Shown one piece after another: positions 36,446-45,199 of a DNA stretch of 64,000 nt. The DNA is taken from IMG/VR virus record IMGVR_UViG_2600255073_000006; one strand, written 5' to 3'. The notes beneath the pieces were generated by a model, which saw nothing but the letters and a program-made list of their open reading frames with translations, made no database searches and was not told the origin of the DNA. Both the position numbers and the translations under genes were made by a program. How positions within the stretch are numbered: position 1 is the first letter of the stretch; every line of letters starts with the position of its first letter. The DNA comes from a virus.

Positions 36446-36946
36446 TCAAATCTCTCCATTGCGTTCATCATGAATCACTTGCCACACATCGGTTAAACGA
36501 TGCCCTTTATTTTTTAGATGTGTCATGATCCGGGCTTGCTCATCTGAGTCATTGACCGTTTTAAAGCCAAAAGAGAGGAGCTTACATTTTCTTGCTTGTT
36601 CAAGATGGTTCAGTCCTCTTGCTAATCTATTCAGAATTTGCGCCACCTGCAGGTAATTAAATCGATCACACGAAATCAATTTGGCAATCAATGTGAACCC
36701 ATACCCTTTATCCAGCATGAGTTGGATTTCTCGATAAATATCTGCTCGGTCATTGACAAGGCCACTTTCATAGAATGGCAGGAGGTGATGATACTGACAT
36801 TGACCTTGAACACTCATTTTAACTTCTTGACGCAAGGTAAAAGACGAAGCAGAAGGACTTTTTATTAATATTTCTTCAATACATTGGTGTATGTCTTGAT
36901 CATGACTTGGGGGCATATATTTGTCTCTATTTACGATTATGTGCAA
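36446..36946 (-). CDS. Hypothetical protein
   Basis: 166-aa ORF with no recognised motif. Confidence 0.55.
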   Translation of the reverse strand: MHIIVNRDKYMPPSHDQDIHQCIEEILIKSPSASSFTLRQEVKMSVQGQCQYHHLLPFYESGLVNDRADIYREIQLMLDKGYGFTLIAKLISCDRFNYLQVAQILNRLARGLNHLEQARKCKLLSFGFKTVNDSDEQARIMTHLKNKGHRLTDVWQVIHDERNGEI

Positions 36947-37450
36947 ATTATGGCATATGTGAATGGTTGGAAATTAACAGTTCTAAAACTTACTTTTCCA
37001 TAATTTGAGGTTACGTAGGCGTCACTTCTGAATCCAATGATTTAAGCACCGCGATAATTTGCAACTCATCACATTTTTTCAATTTATTCTCGAAGAGTGA
37101 TGTTTTTAGTATCCCAAAAGGGATCTTTTAAAAGGCATTGACTATAGTTTTTGAGTATCTGGAAAGTCTCCCCAGACTTTTCACTACTGTCACTGTTAGC
37201 TACGTAAACTTAGCCCAATGTCTACTCCATTGGGCTTTTTTTTGCGCGCAAGTGTTTTGTTGAATTCTTCAAGAAAAGAAGGAAGCCAGGAAGGTTAACG
37301 TTTTAAAACTATGGACTTTTCGACACTGGCTGAATTAACGAGATAAGAGAAAAAAGCCTTAGCTACGACTGGAAGCTAAGGAAAGTGGCTCGGAGTATAA
37401 ACTCTACTTTTACAGCCTAGTCTCCCATTCATACTTTAGCAACTGGTAAT

Positions 37451-37483
37451 AAAAAAAAACCAGCCAAGATGGTTATTGGCTGG
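37451..37483 (-). terminator. Terminator downstream of Q
   Basis: CCAGCCAA-loop-TTGGCTGG followed by T9 on the minus strand. Confidence 0.65.
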
Positions 37484-37730
37484 TCATGAAAAGATTACTA
37501 ATGTAGAAAGTACTTCAAAAAGTACATCAATGCCACGTCAATATACTACCCAACGTTATATGGCTGCAAAGGGCTATGTCACAGTTAAGCGATTAATTTT
37601 TCAAACTTCTCTTTTTATTCTATGGACTTTAAGACAATCCATATTTAGAAGTAAAGACTGACTACCTAGAAGACTAAATCCTGTCTACATACTTAATCAG
37701 CGAAGCACCATTGAGGAGTTATACCTAAGC

Positions 37731-38318
37731 TTATAACTCCTTCGCTACTGCCTCTTCTTGCTTCCACCTTCCCTGTAACACCAAAGTCGCTGCATTGCGT
37801 TTATCAACTAAATACTTTACCAACTTACCAACAATAGGTTCGTACCTTTTAAAACGTGAAAAGGTAACGGGCAAGGTTTGGCAGAAAAAAGCGAAACGGG
37901 TTTCTTGGGTCCAACTTATACGGCCACCGTCGCAGCATGGGCAGGTCCTTCTGGCTCGGTTTTTGGCAATGTATTTTCCGCTGCCATTACACTCTGGGCA
38001 AATTTGGCCAGACTGCTGCGTGGCTTCTGCAATGGCTGTGGATACGAGTGCATGAAGGGCGTTTTCCGCGTATGGGCCACGCCATTTATCCATCAGGGCT
38101 TTCGCTTCAAGCAAAGTGGCTTGGTACAGCTTGTGAAGTGCAGTTTTATCTTGCAGGCACTCTACGAATAACACTAAAAATCCAATTGGCGATTCCTTCC
38201 AGACTGCACCGACGATGGCCAACTGTTCTTCGTGTGAAATGAGACCTTTCCCACCGCTCGATGGGTCGTAGTTCATCCCTTTTACGTTGAATTTGGCCAG
38301 TAATCTTTCCAATTTCAT
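37731..38318 (-). CDS. Late antiterminator Q-like protein
   Basis: CPECNGSG / CPCCDGG zinc finger; last early gene before the cargo. Confidence 0.75.
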   Translation of the reverse strand: MKLERLLAKFNVKGMNYDPSSGGKGLISHEEQLAIVGAVWKESPIGFLVLFVECLQDKTALHKLYQATLLEAKALMDKWRGPYAENALHALVSTAIAEATQQSGQICPECNGSGKYIAKNRARRTCPCCDGGRISWTQETRFAFFCQTLPVTFSRFKRYEPIVGKLVKYLVDKRNAATLVLQGRWKQEEAVAKEL

Positions 38319-38965
38319 TACGCCCTAGCCCCCATTGCAGCGACTCTTGCAAACACCGAGTCTTTATCAAACATGCTTGGGTCAGGTCTTGTGATTTCAC
38401 TGATGGGTTTTACATTCGTTTTGTCCACTAAGCGTAGGGAATTTCTTGCGGGTAATGCCCCTGCTCTCGCCTTTTCAGCATACTTGCTCAGCACTTTACG
38501 ATGCTTGGCTCTGGCTTCTCGTTCACGCAGTTGTGTACGACAAATAAAACCGATTTCTTGCGAGGCCCAGTATTCGATGTCCCCTTTTGGCATTCCGTGC
38601 AGCATCCGAGTGAAGGCTTCATCGACATCGACTAGCACTTCTCGCCCCATGTTGATGAACTCAGGTAAGCTTGGCGGCCACGCATCCCCTTTCAAGAGCG
38701 TTTGGCTCATCGCTCTTCGAATGTCAGTCACTGACATCGTGGAAATCGCTTGAATCCAGGTCGATGGGAGTGCCTTGTAAATCCATTTCGTGCCAAATCC
38801 CTCCACAAACTTCGCTTGGATCCAATCCTCCACACTCAGGTGCAAAATTTGATTGTCGAATTGGTGTGGCAGTGTGGCCGTAACGGGCGAGCAAATCGGC
38901 GTTAAGCTGCTCCAATCGCTGTGCATGTGACTCTGCGCCTCCGTGGCTTGCTTGGTTGATTTCAT
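38318..38965 (-). CDS. Replication protein P-like (helicase loader)
   Basis: WPPSLPEF motif; follows the initiator gene. Confidence 0.7.
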   Translation of the reverse strand: MKSTKQATEAQSHMHSDWSSLTPICSPVTATLPHQFDNQILHLSVEDWIQAKFVEGFGTKWIYKALPSTWIQAISTMSVTDIRRAMSQTLLKGDAWPPSLPEFINMGREVLVDVDEAFTRMLHGMPKGDIEYWASQEIGFICRTQLREREARAKHRKVLSKYAEKARAGALPARNSLRLVDKTNVKPISEITRPDPSMFDKDSVFARVAAMGARA

Positions 38966-39602
38966 GATCGTCGTTCCATCGCTCTTGATTCAAGTAGGTC
39001 GTTAGGTGAAGCCTGTCGAAACCAAATTGCCGATTGGCCACCCGGGTTTCGATATCTTGGCAAAGCATCTCGGTGAATACTTCTGGAGGTTCACTCTGCG
39101 CTTTCACGATGCTGATGAATTTTGCTAACGCGTTTTTCCTGGATTTTTTGGTGGGGAATACCGCCCAAATTTGGCTAAAACAAGATTCAAATTCAGCAGA
39201 CTTTTTTTGTTTATTTTTTTTAGGTTCTTTATGACTGGTTCTATGACTGATTCCGGGTGACACAGGATCACTAGGTTGGTGATCCTGTGTCACCCCCCCT
39301 GGTGATCGTGTGTCACTAGGAGAGGACAATTTGTCACCCCCTAAATGTAACTGATAAACATTGGTCGAATTGCCCTTTTCTCCCTTACGAGAACTCACTG
39401 AAACCAACCCCATTTCTTCCAATGTTTTGATGTGGCGCATCACGGTTCGGCGGCTGACTTCGCACATATCAGCGATGTATTCATAAGATGGCCAACACAC
39501 ACCATTGTCGTTGGCGTTATCTGCGAGCTTCAGCAAGACGAGTTTGCGGGTCGCATTGCCGACTTTTAACTGCATGGCTTGAGCGGTAAGAAGCATACTC
39601 AT
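38724..39602 (-). CDS. Replication initiator (O-like, N-terminal HTH)
   Basis: KLVLLKLADNAND.GVCWPSYEYIA..CEVSRRTV, C-terminal TYLNQERW. Confidence 0.85.
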   Translation of the reverse strand: MSMLLTAQAMQLKVGNATRKLVLLKLADNANDNGVCWPSYEYIADMCEVSRRTVMRHIKTLEEMGLVSVSSRKGEKGNSTNVYQLHLGGDKLSSPSDTRSPGGVTQDHQPSDPVSPGISHRTSHKEPKKNKQKKSAEFESCFSQIWAVFPTKKSRKNALAKFISIVKAQSEPPEVFTEMLCQDIETRVANRQFGFDRLHLTTYLNQERWNDDHEINQASHGGAESHAQRLEQLNADLLARYGHTATPIRQSNFAPECGGLDPSEVCGGIWHEMDLQGTPIDLDSSDFHDVSD

Positions 39603-39714
39603 CTGGCTCTCCTACCCGCATTCAATGCAGATTCATAATTTTGATAAGAAAGACTCATTGCACAAAGTTCTCTTGTTTTGCTTATTAGCGTGGTGATTAA
39701 TCGCATTCAGGGGG

Positions 39715-40263
39715 TTAGCCCTTCTGCACCATTAATGTCTCTAAATATTTGAGTAAGGGTTCATGAGAGCCGACACTCTCTTGTAACTCTCGGTAAGCGT
39801 TACGAAGTTGATCCGTCGAAGCGTACTCACTCAGTAACAGTACTGAGCGAAGGGCTTCTGAAGATTCTTTGCTGAAATCGGCCAACAGTTGATCACGGTT
39901 CGCCATAGCGTGACTTGAGCCAATGGCTGCGACTGAATAGCCAAGTGGATTAAGGAACTGATTTAGTGCAGCGGTGGCTCTTTGTTTGGGCATGGCGGCA
40001 ATAATGGCGGGGAGCAGATCCATGACATTCGCTTTCGCTTCTGGACTTGTTCTGCTGATGTATCTAAATAGATTTTGGGTATTGTTTGAGTTGTTTAATG
40101 CTGATGGGACTTTAAGTAAGTGTTGCCGTTGGCAATCTTCCTCTTCAAAAATTTTCATCTTGTGATAGAAACGTGAGATGTATTCCGCAATCTGTTCTTT
40201 CGTGGCCTCGGTACGCCAAGCGACGACCGCGTTATGCATAACACTTTTTAAACTGGGTTGCAT
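39715..40263 (-). CDS. Phage regulatory protein at the CII position
   Basis: Lies between cro and the initiator; function inferred from position only. Confidence 0.5.
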   Translation of the reverse strand: MQPSLKSVMHNAVVAWRTEATKEQIAEYISRFYHKMKIFEEEDCQRQHLLKVPSALNNSNNTQNLFRYISRTSPEAKANVMDLLPAIIAAMPKQRATAALNQFLNPLGYSVAAIGSSHAMANRDQLLADFSKESSEALRSVLLLSEYASTDQLRNAYRELQESVGSHEPLLKYLETLMVQKG

Positions 40264-40322
40264 GGTTCCTTCCTTACTGGCTTTTTATCCAGAATGTGGG
40301 TAATTCGATCCCTTAACGCATT

Positions 40323-40526
40323 TCATTTAATATCTTCATGGTCAGTTAATAATTCATTCACTGATACTTGACCTCCTGTTGCCTTTGAAATTGCTCGAAT
40401 ATATTTTGCTGGCGCCTGACGCTTTCGGTTGATCCAATTCCAAACATGGGATTGGCTTACACCTAAAAGCTTTGCTAGTGATGTTTGACCTCCTAGAATT
40501 GCAGTAGCTCTCTCAATGGCTGACAT
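40323..40526 (-). CDS. cro: Cro-like repressor
   Basis: GGQTSLAKLLGVSQSHVWNW HTH; divergent from cI. Confidence 0.85.
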   Translation of the reverse strand: MSAIERATAILGGQTSLAKLLGVSQSHVWNWINRKRQAPAKYIRAISKATGGQVSVNELLTDHEDIK

Positions 40527-40545
40527 CGTTCCCTCTCAACCCAAA

Positions 40546-40634
40546 ACAACTTATGTTGTCTCATTAAATTACAACTTAAGATGTTTGTCAATTAACACAT
40601 TTTGTTGTGATAATTAGATAACACCGAAAGGTTT
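40546..40634. promoter_or_regulatory. OR operator array
   Basis: 14-bp ACAAC-N4-GTTGT-like sites at 40546-40559, 40571-40584, 40595-40608 and 40621-40634. Confidence 0.7.
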
Positions 40635-40654
40635 TTTTGTTATAGGAAGTACGA

Positions 40655-41320
40655 ATGAGTTTTGCTGACCGAGTTAAGCAACGTAGAAAAGAACTCAACC
40701 TCTCTCAGTCTGAGTTAGCTGAAAGAGTCGGAGTTGCCCAGCAGTCTATTCATAAAATTGAAGATGGTAGAACGTTGAAGCCTCGTAATATCTTACAGCT
40801 CGCTAGCGCTCTTAAATGCAGTGCACTTTGGCTTCAAGGGTTAGAGCCTCAGGATGATAACCTAGCAGTCTGTAACAAAGACCATACAAGTCCTTCCAAT
40901 ACTGCAATGGTGATGACCAGTGGGATTCGTTCCTTGCCAATATTGAGCCAAGCACAAGCTGGAGACTGGGCGAAGGTAATACATGATAAAGACCAGGACT
41001 TTGATCAACAAATCACATCAGTTAAGGTATCAGAAAAAGCCTTTGCGATGAGGGTGACGGGTAACTCAATGACTAACCCTTTCGGTTATCCTTCTATCCC
41101 AGCAGGCTCTGTCATTGTAGTCGAGCCATGTAGCAGCCCAGACAACGGAAAGATAGTTGTCGCGATATTAAACGACGCACCAGAGGCAACAATAAAGAAA
41201 CTTGAAATCGATGGCCCTCAGAAATATTTATTACCGTTGAACCCGAAGTACGACCCGATATCAATCAGTGGTAACTGCCGAATAATTGGTTATGTCAAAC
41301 AAGTAGTTATGGATATTTAA
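40655..41320 (+). CDS. cI: CI repressor (HTH plus S24 autoproteolytic domain)
   Basis: N-terminal HTH, QAG cleavage site, GNSM Ser, TIKK Lys. Confidence 0.95.
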   Translation: MSFADRVKQRRKELNLSQSELAERVGVAQQSIHKIEDGRTLKPRNILQLASALKCSALWLQGLEPQDDNLAVCNKDHTSPSNTAMVMTSGIRSLPILSQAQAGDWAKVIHDKDQDFDQQITSVKVSEKAFAMRVTGNSMTNPFGYPSIPAGSVIVVEPCSSPDNGKIVVAILNDAPEATIKKLEIDGPQKYLLPLNPKYDPISISGNCRIIGYVKQVVMDI

Positions 41321-41333
41321 ACCTTAAGACATA

Positions 41334-41363
41334 AAAATGACCCGCCCAGTGCGGGTTTTTTTA
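41334..41363 (+). terminator. Terminator after cI
   Basis: ACCCGC-CCAGT-GCGGGT-T7. Confidence 0.7.
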
Positions 41364-41374
41364 TATCCAAAAAC

Positions 41375-41436
41375 ACAACCTTAGGTGTTGACATGCTAAA
41401 AGAATCAGTTGTAGGATTAAAAACAACCTAAGGTGT
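41375..41436 (+). promoter_or_regulatory. PL-like promoter with OL operators
   Basis: TTGACA(41388-41393)-18 bp-TAGGAT; operators ACAACCTTAGGTGT (41375-41388) and ACAACCTAAGGTGT (41423-41436). Confidence 0.75.
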
Positions 41437-41448
41437 TATGAGGAAAAT

Positions 41449-41712
41449 ATGATGTTTGTGCCTATCGACGCGATTAGCAAGACTCTTGAAGGCTATAAAG
41501 CCATTCAACTTCATAGGACGAGCTTTCAGGATTTGTTAGCTAACCTGCCGAAAAGTGACCCGTTATACAACGAACTACAACAGCTTATTGCGCTAAGCGA
41601 TAAGTGTAAAGACTTGGAAATCAGCGTAGGAGAAGAGGACTCTCAGACCATCCAGCAGTTCAACGCCCTTTCTGAACAATTGAGCAGTAAGTTGAATGAA
41701 ATGAGAATTTGA
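41449..41712 (+). CDS. Hypothetical early protein (first gene after PL)
   Basis: GAGG RBS; 87 aa. Confidence 0.7.
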   Translation: MMFVPIDAISKTLEGYKAIQLHRTSFQDLLANLPKSDPLYNELQQLIALSDKCKDLEISVGEEDSQTIQQFNALSEQLSSKLNEMRI

Positions 41713-41881
41713 AAGCATCAGAAAAAGAAAACCCCTATCGGTGACTAAACCAATAAGGGCTGACTTTGTGCAATGAGACTTTATAACCAAGCCTCATAAT
41801 CAGTATATAACCGGCTGACCACCGATTTCAAGTATTTAAACTGATTGCTTGGCTTCACCCTGAAAACAAAGGAACTGTTTA

Positions 41882-42133
41882 ATGAAGACCTCACCGCTTC
41901 GAAACTCTCAGGAAGAGTTTATCCATAAGCACATTCACAAAATCTTAATTGGTGAAGGCTACGAATATCACCAAGTCAATCGTGCCTGTCACTTCGCGAT
42001 TGAAACCTACCGAACCACCGCTTCTTTTGGCGGCCGAGGGGGAAAGTGTTTCGACTTTTGTCTGGTCAAAGCCCGCCAGTTACTCGCCCCTATGAAAAAG
42101 AAAGCCACCTCTCGCAAACGCAAGGCGGGTTAA
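41882..42133 (+). CDS. Hypothetical early protein
   Basis: 83 aa with a basic C-terminus; coupled to the next gene. Confidence 0.6.
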   Translation: MKTSPLRNSQEEFIHKHIHKILIGEGYEYHQVNRACHFAIETYRTTASFGGRGGKCFDFCLVKARQLLAPMKKKATSRKRKAG

Positions 42134-42504
42134 TGAATGAAAAGCGTAGGCGTGAAAAAGCAGCGGCTCGTGCTCAACGTCTAAGAGACAAGCGTAAAGC
42201 CAGTGGTAACAAAGACATTAGAGTGACGTTGTCACAGAATGAGATTGTGATGTTAGCGGATATCTGTCAGTTCTTCTCTTACCCCGGTACCGCTTATACA
42301 CAAGTTGAAGCTTTACAGTCTCTTATTCATCGCGTTCATGCGGAGATACCAAAAATAGAAAACGAGTTAGGTTGCTGTGGTCAATGTGGCGAACCACTAC
42401 CACTAGGATGTGCAAAGTTACGCGAAGGCGGTTTGTTTTATGGTGATGCGATGTGTTGGCACACAACAAACCGAGTACGAATTATACCATCAGGAGATGA
42501 TTGA
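42133..42504 (+). CDS. Hypothetical early protein with Cys cluster
   Basis: TAATG coupling; CCGQCGE..C...C. Confidence 0.65.
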   Translation: MNEKRRREKAAARAQRLRDKRKASGNKDIRVTLSQNEIVMLADICQFFSYPGTAYTQVEALQSLIHRVHAEIPKIENELGCCGQCGEPLPLGCAKLREGGLFYGDAMCWHTTNRVRIIPSGDD

Positions 42505-42699
42505 TTTTGAGCATCGAGGTTTACGCACTCGTTTGTGCGACTTTTTATGGATTTTACTTTTTATACAACAGGGAGAACGACAATGAGTGAGGCTCAACAT
42601 GACTCGTCAATCTGAACACTTTATGGATGAGTGTGAACTCTTCCGGTTTATCACGGGGTGATAACGTTCAATCCCCCCCTAAAGCGAGGTTCTAATACA

Positions 42700-42900
42700 A
42701 TGGAAACCCAAAATCCCAAACTTGCAAAGATAACCATCGTCACTTTAAAACTGGCCTCTGAGCTTATCGGTATCAGTACAAAAACTATGCGTGATAGAGC
42801 CAACGAGGGGATCTACCCTTCCTCGGTCATTTGTAAAATTAATGGAACATGGATGGTCGACACTGAGGAATGGAACCGATGGCACAGGGCCAGAATGTAA
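42700..42900 (+). CDS. xis: Excisionase-like HTH protein
   Basis: 66 aa, LASELIGISTKTMRDRA...W.VD.EEW..W; overlaps the int start. Confidence 0.75.
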   Translation: METQNPKLAKITIVTLKLASELIGISTKTMRDRANEGIYPSSVICKINGTWMVDTEEWNRWHRARM

Positions 42901-44105
42901 AACTTCCAACGGGTATAGAGATCCATGGCAGGCGGTTACGAATCATTTTTTTCTACAAAGGAAAGCGTCGCCGTGAATCTCTAGGCCTTGTTGCGAGCAA
43001 GCAGAACATTCAATTTGCCTCACGAAAACGCGAGACCATCATGTATGAAATCTGTATTGGCACGTTTTCTTATGCAGAACACTTCCCTGATTCCCCTCAT
43101 GCGACTGATTGCGCCAAAGCGAGTACGTTTGGTGATATGGTGGATAAATACCTCAAAATCAAACAGCTTGAATTAAGATCATCGACCTACAAGAAATACG
43201 TTTCTTTGTTTAAGATCGCCAAAAACGCGTATGGTGCTGAGCGTAGCTGTAACACGTTGAGTCCTCAATCGGTGACGGAACTGCGTGCCCTCCTGATGAA
43301 AGATCGAGGCGCTAGAACACTGAATACGTATTTCCGTGCGATCAAATCCTTCTTTACCTGGCTGCATAAAATGGAGTTTGTAGATCGCAACTATGCGGAG
43401 TTTATGCAGAGCGTTAAAACACCAGAACGTAACATTCACCCATTTTCGATGGATGAGATAAACAAAGCCCTGAATGCCTGCATGAAAGAGCAACACAGAA
43501 ACATGATCACCCTACTCACTTACACGGGTCTGAGAACGGGTGAGATTTGTGGGTTAGCCTGGGAAGATGTCGATTTTGAGAACAAGCAACTCACCATTCG
43601 TAGAGCAACCTTTGAGGCTCGCGGGTTGAAAACACCCAAAACGGATCGTGAACGAACGATTGATTTAATGCCTCCTGCATTTGAGGCTTTGAAAGCGCAG
43701 ATGAAATTGAGTGCCTTCTATCCCAAAAAAGACCATGAAGTTGAATTGGCTGATAAGACTGTCCGTATCGATAACATTCGTTTTGTCTTCAACCCGAAGG
43801 CGACAGAAAATCTCAATGCGAAAACGCCCTATGATTATTTTAGTAAGACGTCACCAAATAAGATGTGGAGGAATATTTGCATTCGTGCCGGTATCCCTTA
43901 CCGCAATGTTTATCAACTGCGCCACACTTATGCGTCGTGGATGTTGAGTTACGCGAACGTGAACATTGCGTATCTCGCAAAGCAAATGGGACACAGTAAC
44001 TTTTTAATGATCGCCAATATCTATGGGAAATGGATGGAGAACAAAAACGCTTCGGAAAGTGAAAAGGCCTGGGAAGCGTTGAAGAAAGTGAGTTCTGATA
44101 AGTAG
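42870..44105 (+). CDS. int: Phage integrase (tyrosine recombinase, DUF3596/Arm-type N-terminus)
   Basis: LPTGIEIHG..LRI.F.YKGKRRRESLG arm domain; TGLRTGE, YQLRHTYAS, MGH and IY catalytic motifs. Confidence 0.95.
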   Translation: MEPMAQGQNVKLPTGIEIHGRRLRIIFFYKGKRRRESLGLVASKQNIQFASRKRETIMYEICIGTFSYAEHFPDSPHATDCAKASTFGDMVDKYLKIKQLELRSSTYKKYVSLFKIAKNAYGAERSCNTLSPQSVTELRALLMKDRGARTLNTYFRAIKSFFTWLHKMEFVDRNYAEFMQSVKTPERNIHPFSMDEINKALNACMKEQHRNMITLLTYTGLRTGEICGLAWEDVDFENKQLTIRRATFEARGLKTPKTDRERTIDLMPPAFEALKAQMKLSAFYPKKDHEVELADKTVRIDNIRFVFNPKATENLNAKTPYDYFSKTSPNKMWRNICIRAGIPYRNVYQLRHTYASWMLSYANVNIAYLAKQMGHSNFLMIANIYGKWMENKNASESEKAWEALKKVSSDK

Positions 44106-44309
44106 ACAAAAGCTTCGCGAGTCCGCTCCTTTGGATAAGTTGATCGATTGGGGTGAACAATACAGCAGGAGCGATGATCCCATTTCTACCCAAAATTTTT
44201 TTATAAATTTGTATAAAAGATTGTTTTATATAGGTGATTTTAAATTTTCAACATTGCGCTCGATATGATGTATATGGAAGAAGAGCAGATGAATTGGGCG
44301 ATGAAAGGC

Positions 44310-44534
44310 ATGTCAGATGACGATAAAACGCTTGATTGTAACGGCACTGAACTGAAAAAAGGTGACGACGTAACGGTCATCAAAGACCTCCCCGTTCGAG
44401 GTACAAACCAAGTCATCAAACAAGGCACGGTCATACGTGGCATAAGCCTTGGCGACGATCCGAAGCTGGTTTCTGGTAAGGCAAATGGCGGTCAATCAAT
44501 GTACGTTATCGCGGAATATTGCCGTAAAAAATAG
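44310..44534 (+). CDS. phnA: PhnA-domain (alkylphosphonate utilization-like) small protein
   Basis: DCNGTELKKGDDVTVIKDLPVRG..VIKQGT motif of the small PhnA/YjdM family. Confidence 0.75.
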   Translation: MSDDDKTLDCNGTELKKGDDVTVIKDLPVRGTNQVIKQGTVIRGISLGDDPKLVSGKANGGQSMYVIAEYCRKK

Positions 44535-44589
44535 TCATTGTTTTAGTGAGATTTAAGAGAGGCGCTCAGATTATTAGAGCGCCTTTTTT
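44508..44589 (+). repeat. Direct repeat: phnA 3' end plus terminator (partner 45786-45869)
   Basis: ATCGCGGAATATTGCCGTAA...GATTTAAGAGAGGCGCTCAGATTATTAGAGCGCCTTTTTT versus ATCGCTGAATATTGTCGTAA...GATTTAAAAGAGGCGCTCAAATTATTGGAGCGCCTTTTTT. Confidence 0.85.
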
Positions 44590-44623
44590 TTATCGGAAAA
44601 ATGGGCTGAATTTGGCCAGTTTG

Positions 44624-44684
44624 ACCCCAAAAAGCCCCAAAAACGCCCCAAAGACTAAAATTGGTCTTACCGACTGCCCCAAAG
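44624..44684 (+). repeat. Block of four CCCCAAA units, copy 1 (integrase arm-site-like)
   Basis: Near-identical to 44847-44907, including the AAAATTGGTCTTACC spacer. Confidence 0.8.
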
Positions 44685-44846
44685 AATCGTGATAATTTTT
44701 TTTCTGTGGGTCATTACGTCTAAGTGATTGATAATATTGAACTAAAAAAGAACAAAGGTTCCGATGAATGCACGTAAATTTGTCCTAAATCCTGCTAATA
44801 AAGTGAGCAAATTTATTCAATTGTCCCATGTGCTTGTAATCAAAAA

Positions 44847-44907
44847 GCCCCAAAAGCCCCAAAAACGCCCCAAAGCCTAAAATTGGTCTTACCAATCGCC
44901 CCAAAAG
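44847..44907 (+). repeat. Block of four CCCCAAA units, copy 2
   Basis: See copy 1. Confidence 0.8.
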
Positions 44908-45020
44908 CATATCTTGATTTAATGTATCTCTAGGCTCATAATTTGAATTCACTGGCAAAATCCAGTGACGGGATTGGTCCCCCGCTTTGGAGTTAAATCT
45001 CTTGCATCGGTGTGTATACG

Positions 45021-45041
45021 CCAGCTCTTGCTGGTTTTTTT
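45021..45041 (+). terminator. Leader terminator upstream of the C4-like RNA
   Basis: CCAGC-TCTT-GCTGG-T7. Confidence 0.6.
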
Positions 45042-45068
45042 ACGCACAGAATCCGCACATCTGTATTA

Positions 45069-45145
45069 TGGTGGGCTGGATTGGGCAGCTTAGGCTGGCC
45101 GCTTCCGATGCAGCGGTAGGACCAACCCAGTTCAGTCCGCCACCA
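45069..45145 (+). ncRNA. C4-like antisense RNA (P1/P7 c4 family cloverleaf)
   Basis: Closing stem TGGTGG...CCACCA and hairpins CAGC/GCTG and CCGCT/AGCGG. Exposed TCCGATGCA (45104-45112) and GGACCAA (45119-45125) are complementary to paired boxes on both sides. Confidence 0.8.
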
Positions 45146-45199
45146 AAGTTTGGTCCCTTTGAGTGGTCAATGTTCAATCTCATTGCATCGGAGGCATTT

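Larger units (their letters stand above)
1..44700. mobile_element. Prophage 1: lambda-like head, P2-like contractile tail, lambdoid early region; left end lies outside the window
   Basis: Contiguous minus-strand late operon (D, tape measure, sheath, baseplate, capsid, portal, terminase, lysis), plus Q, replication genes, cro/cI and xis/int. The right boundary is approximate. Confidence 0.9.

Noticed and set aside
44310-44534. Phosphonate catabolism pathway
   Set aside because: Only the small PhnA/YjdM-type domain is present, with no phn transport or lyase genes.
44624-44907. CRISPR array
   Set aside because: Only two 60-bp blocks of heptamers, with no regular repeat-spacer period and no cas genes.
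45069-45145. tRNA gene
   Set aside because: Cloverleaf-like but without D-loop or TTC T-loop consensus; the loops pair with flanking boxes as in C4 RNA.
44987-45199. 71-aa N-terminal extension of the antirepressor given by the ORF track
   Set aside because: It runs through the terminator and C4 RNA. The GGAGG RBS and domain start point to the ATG at 45200.
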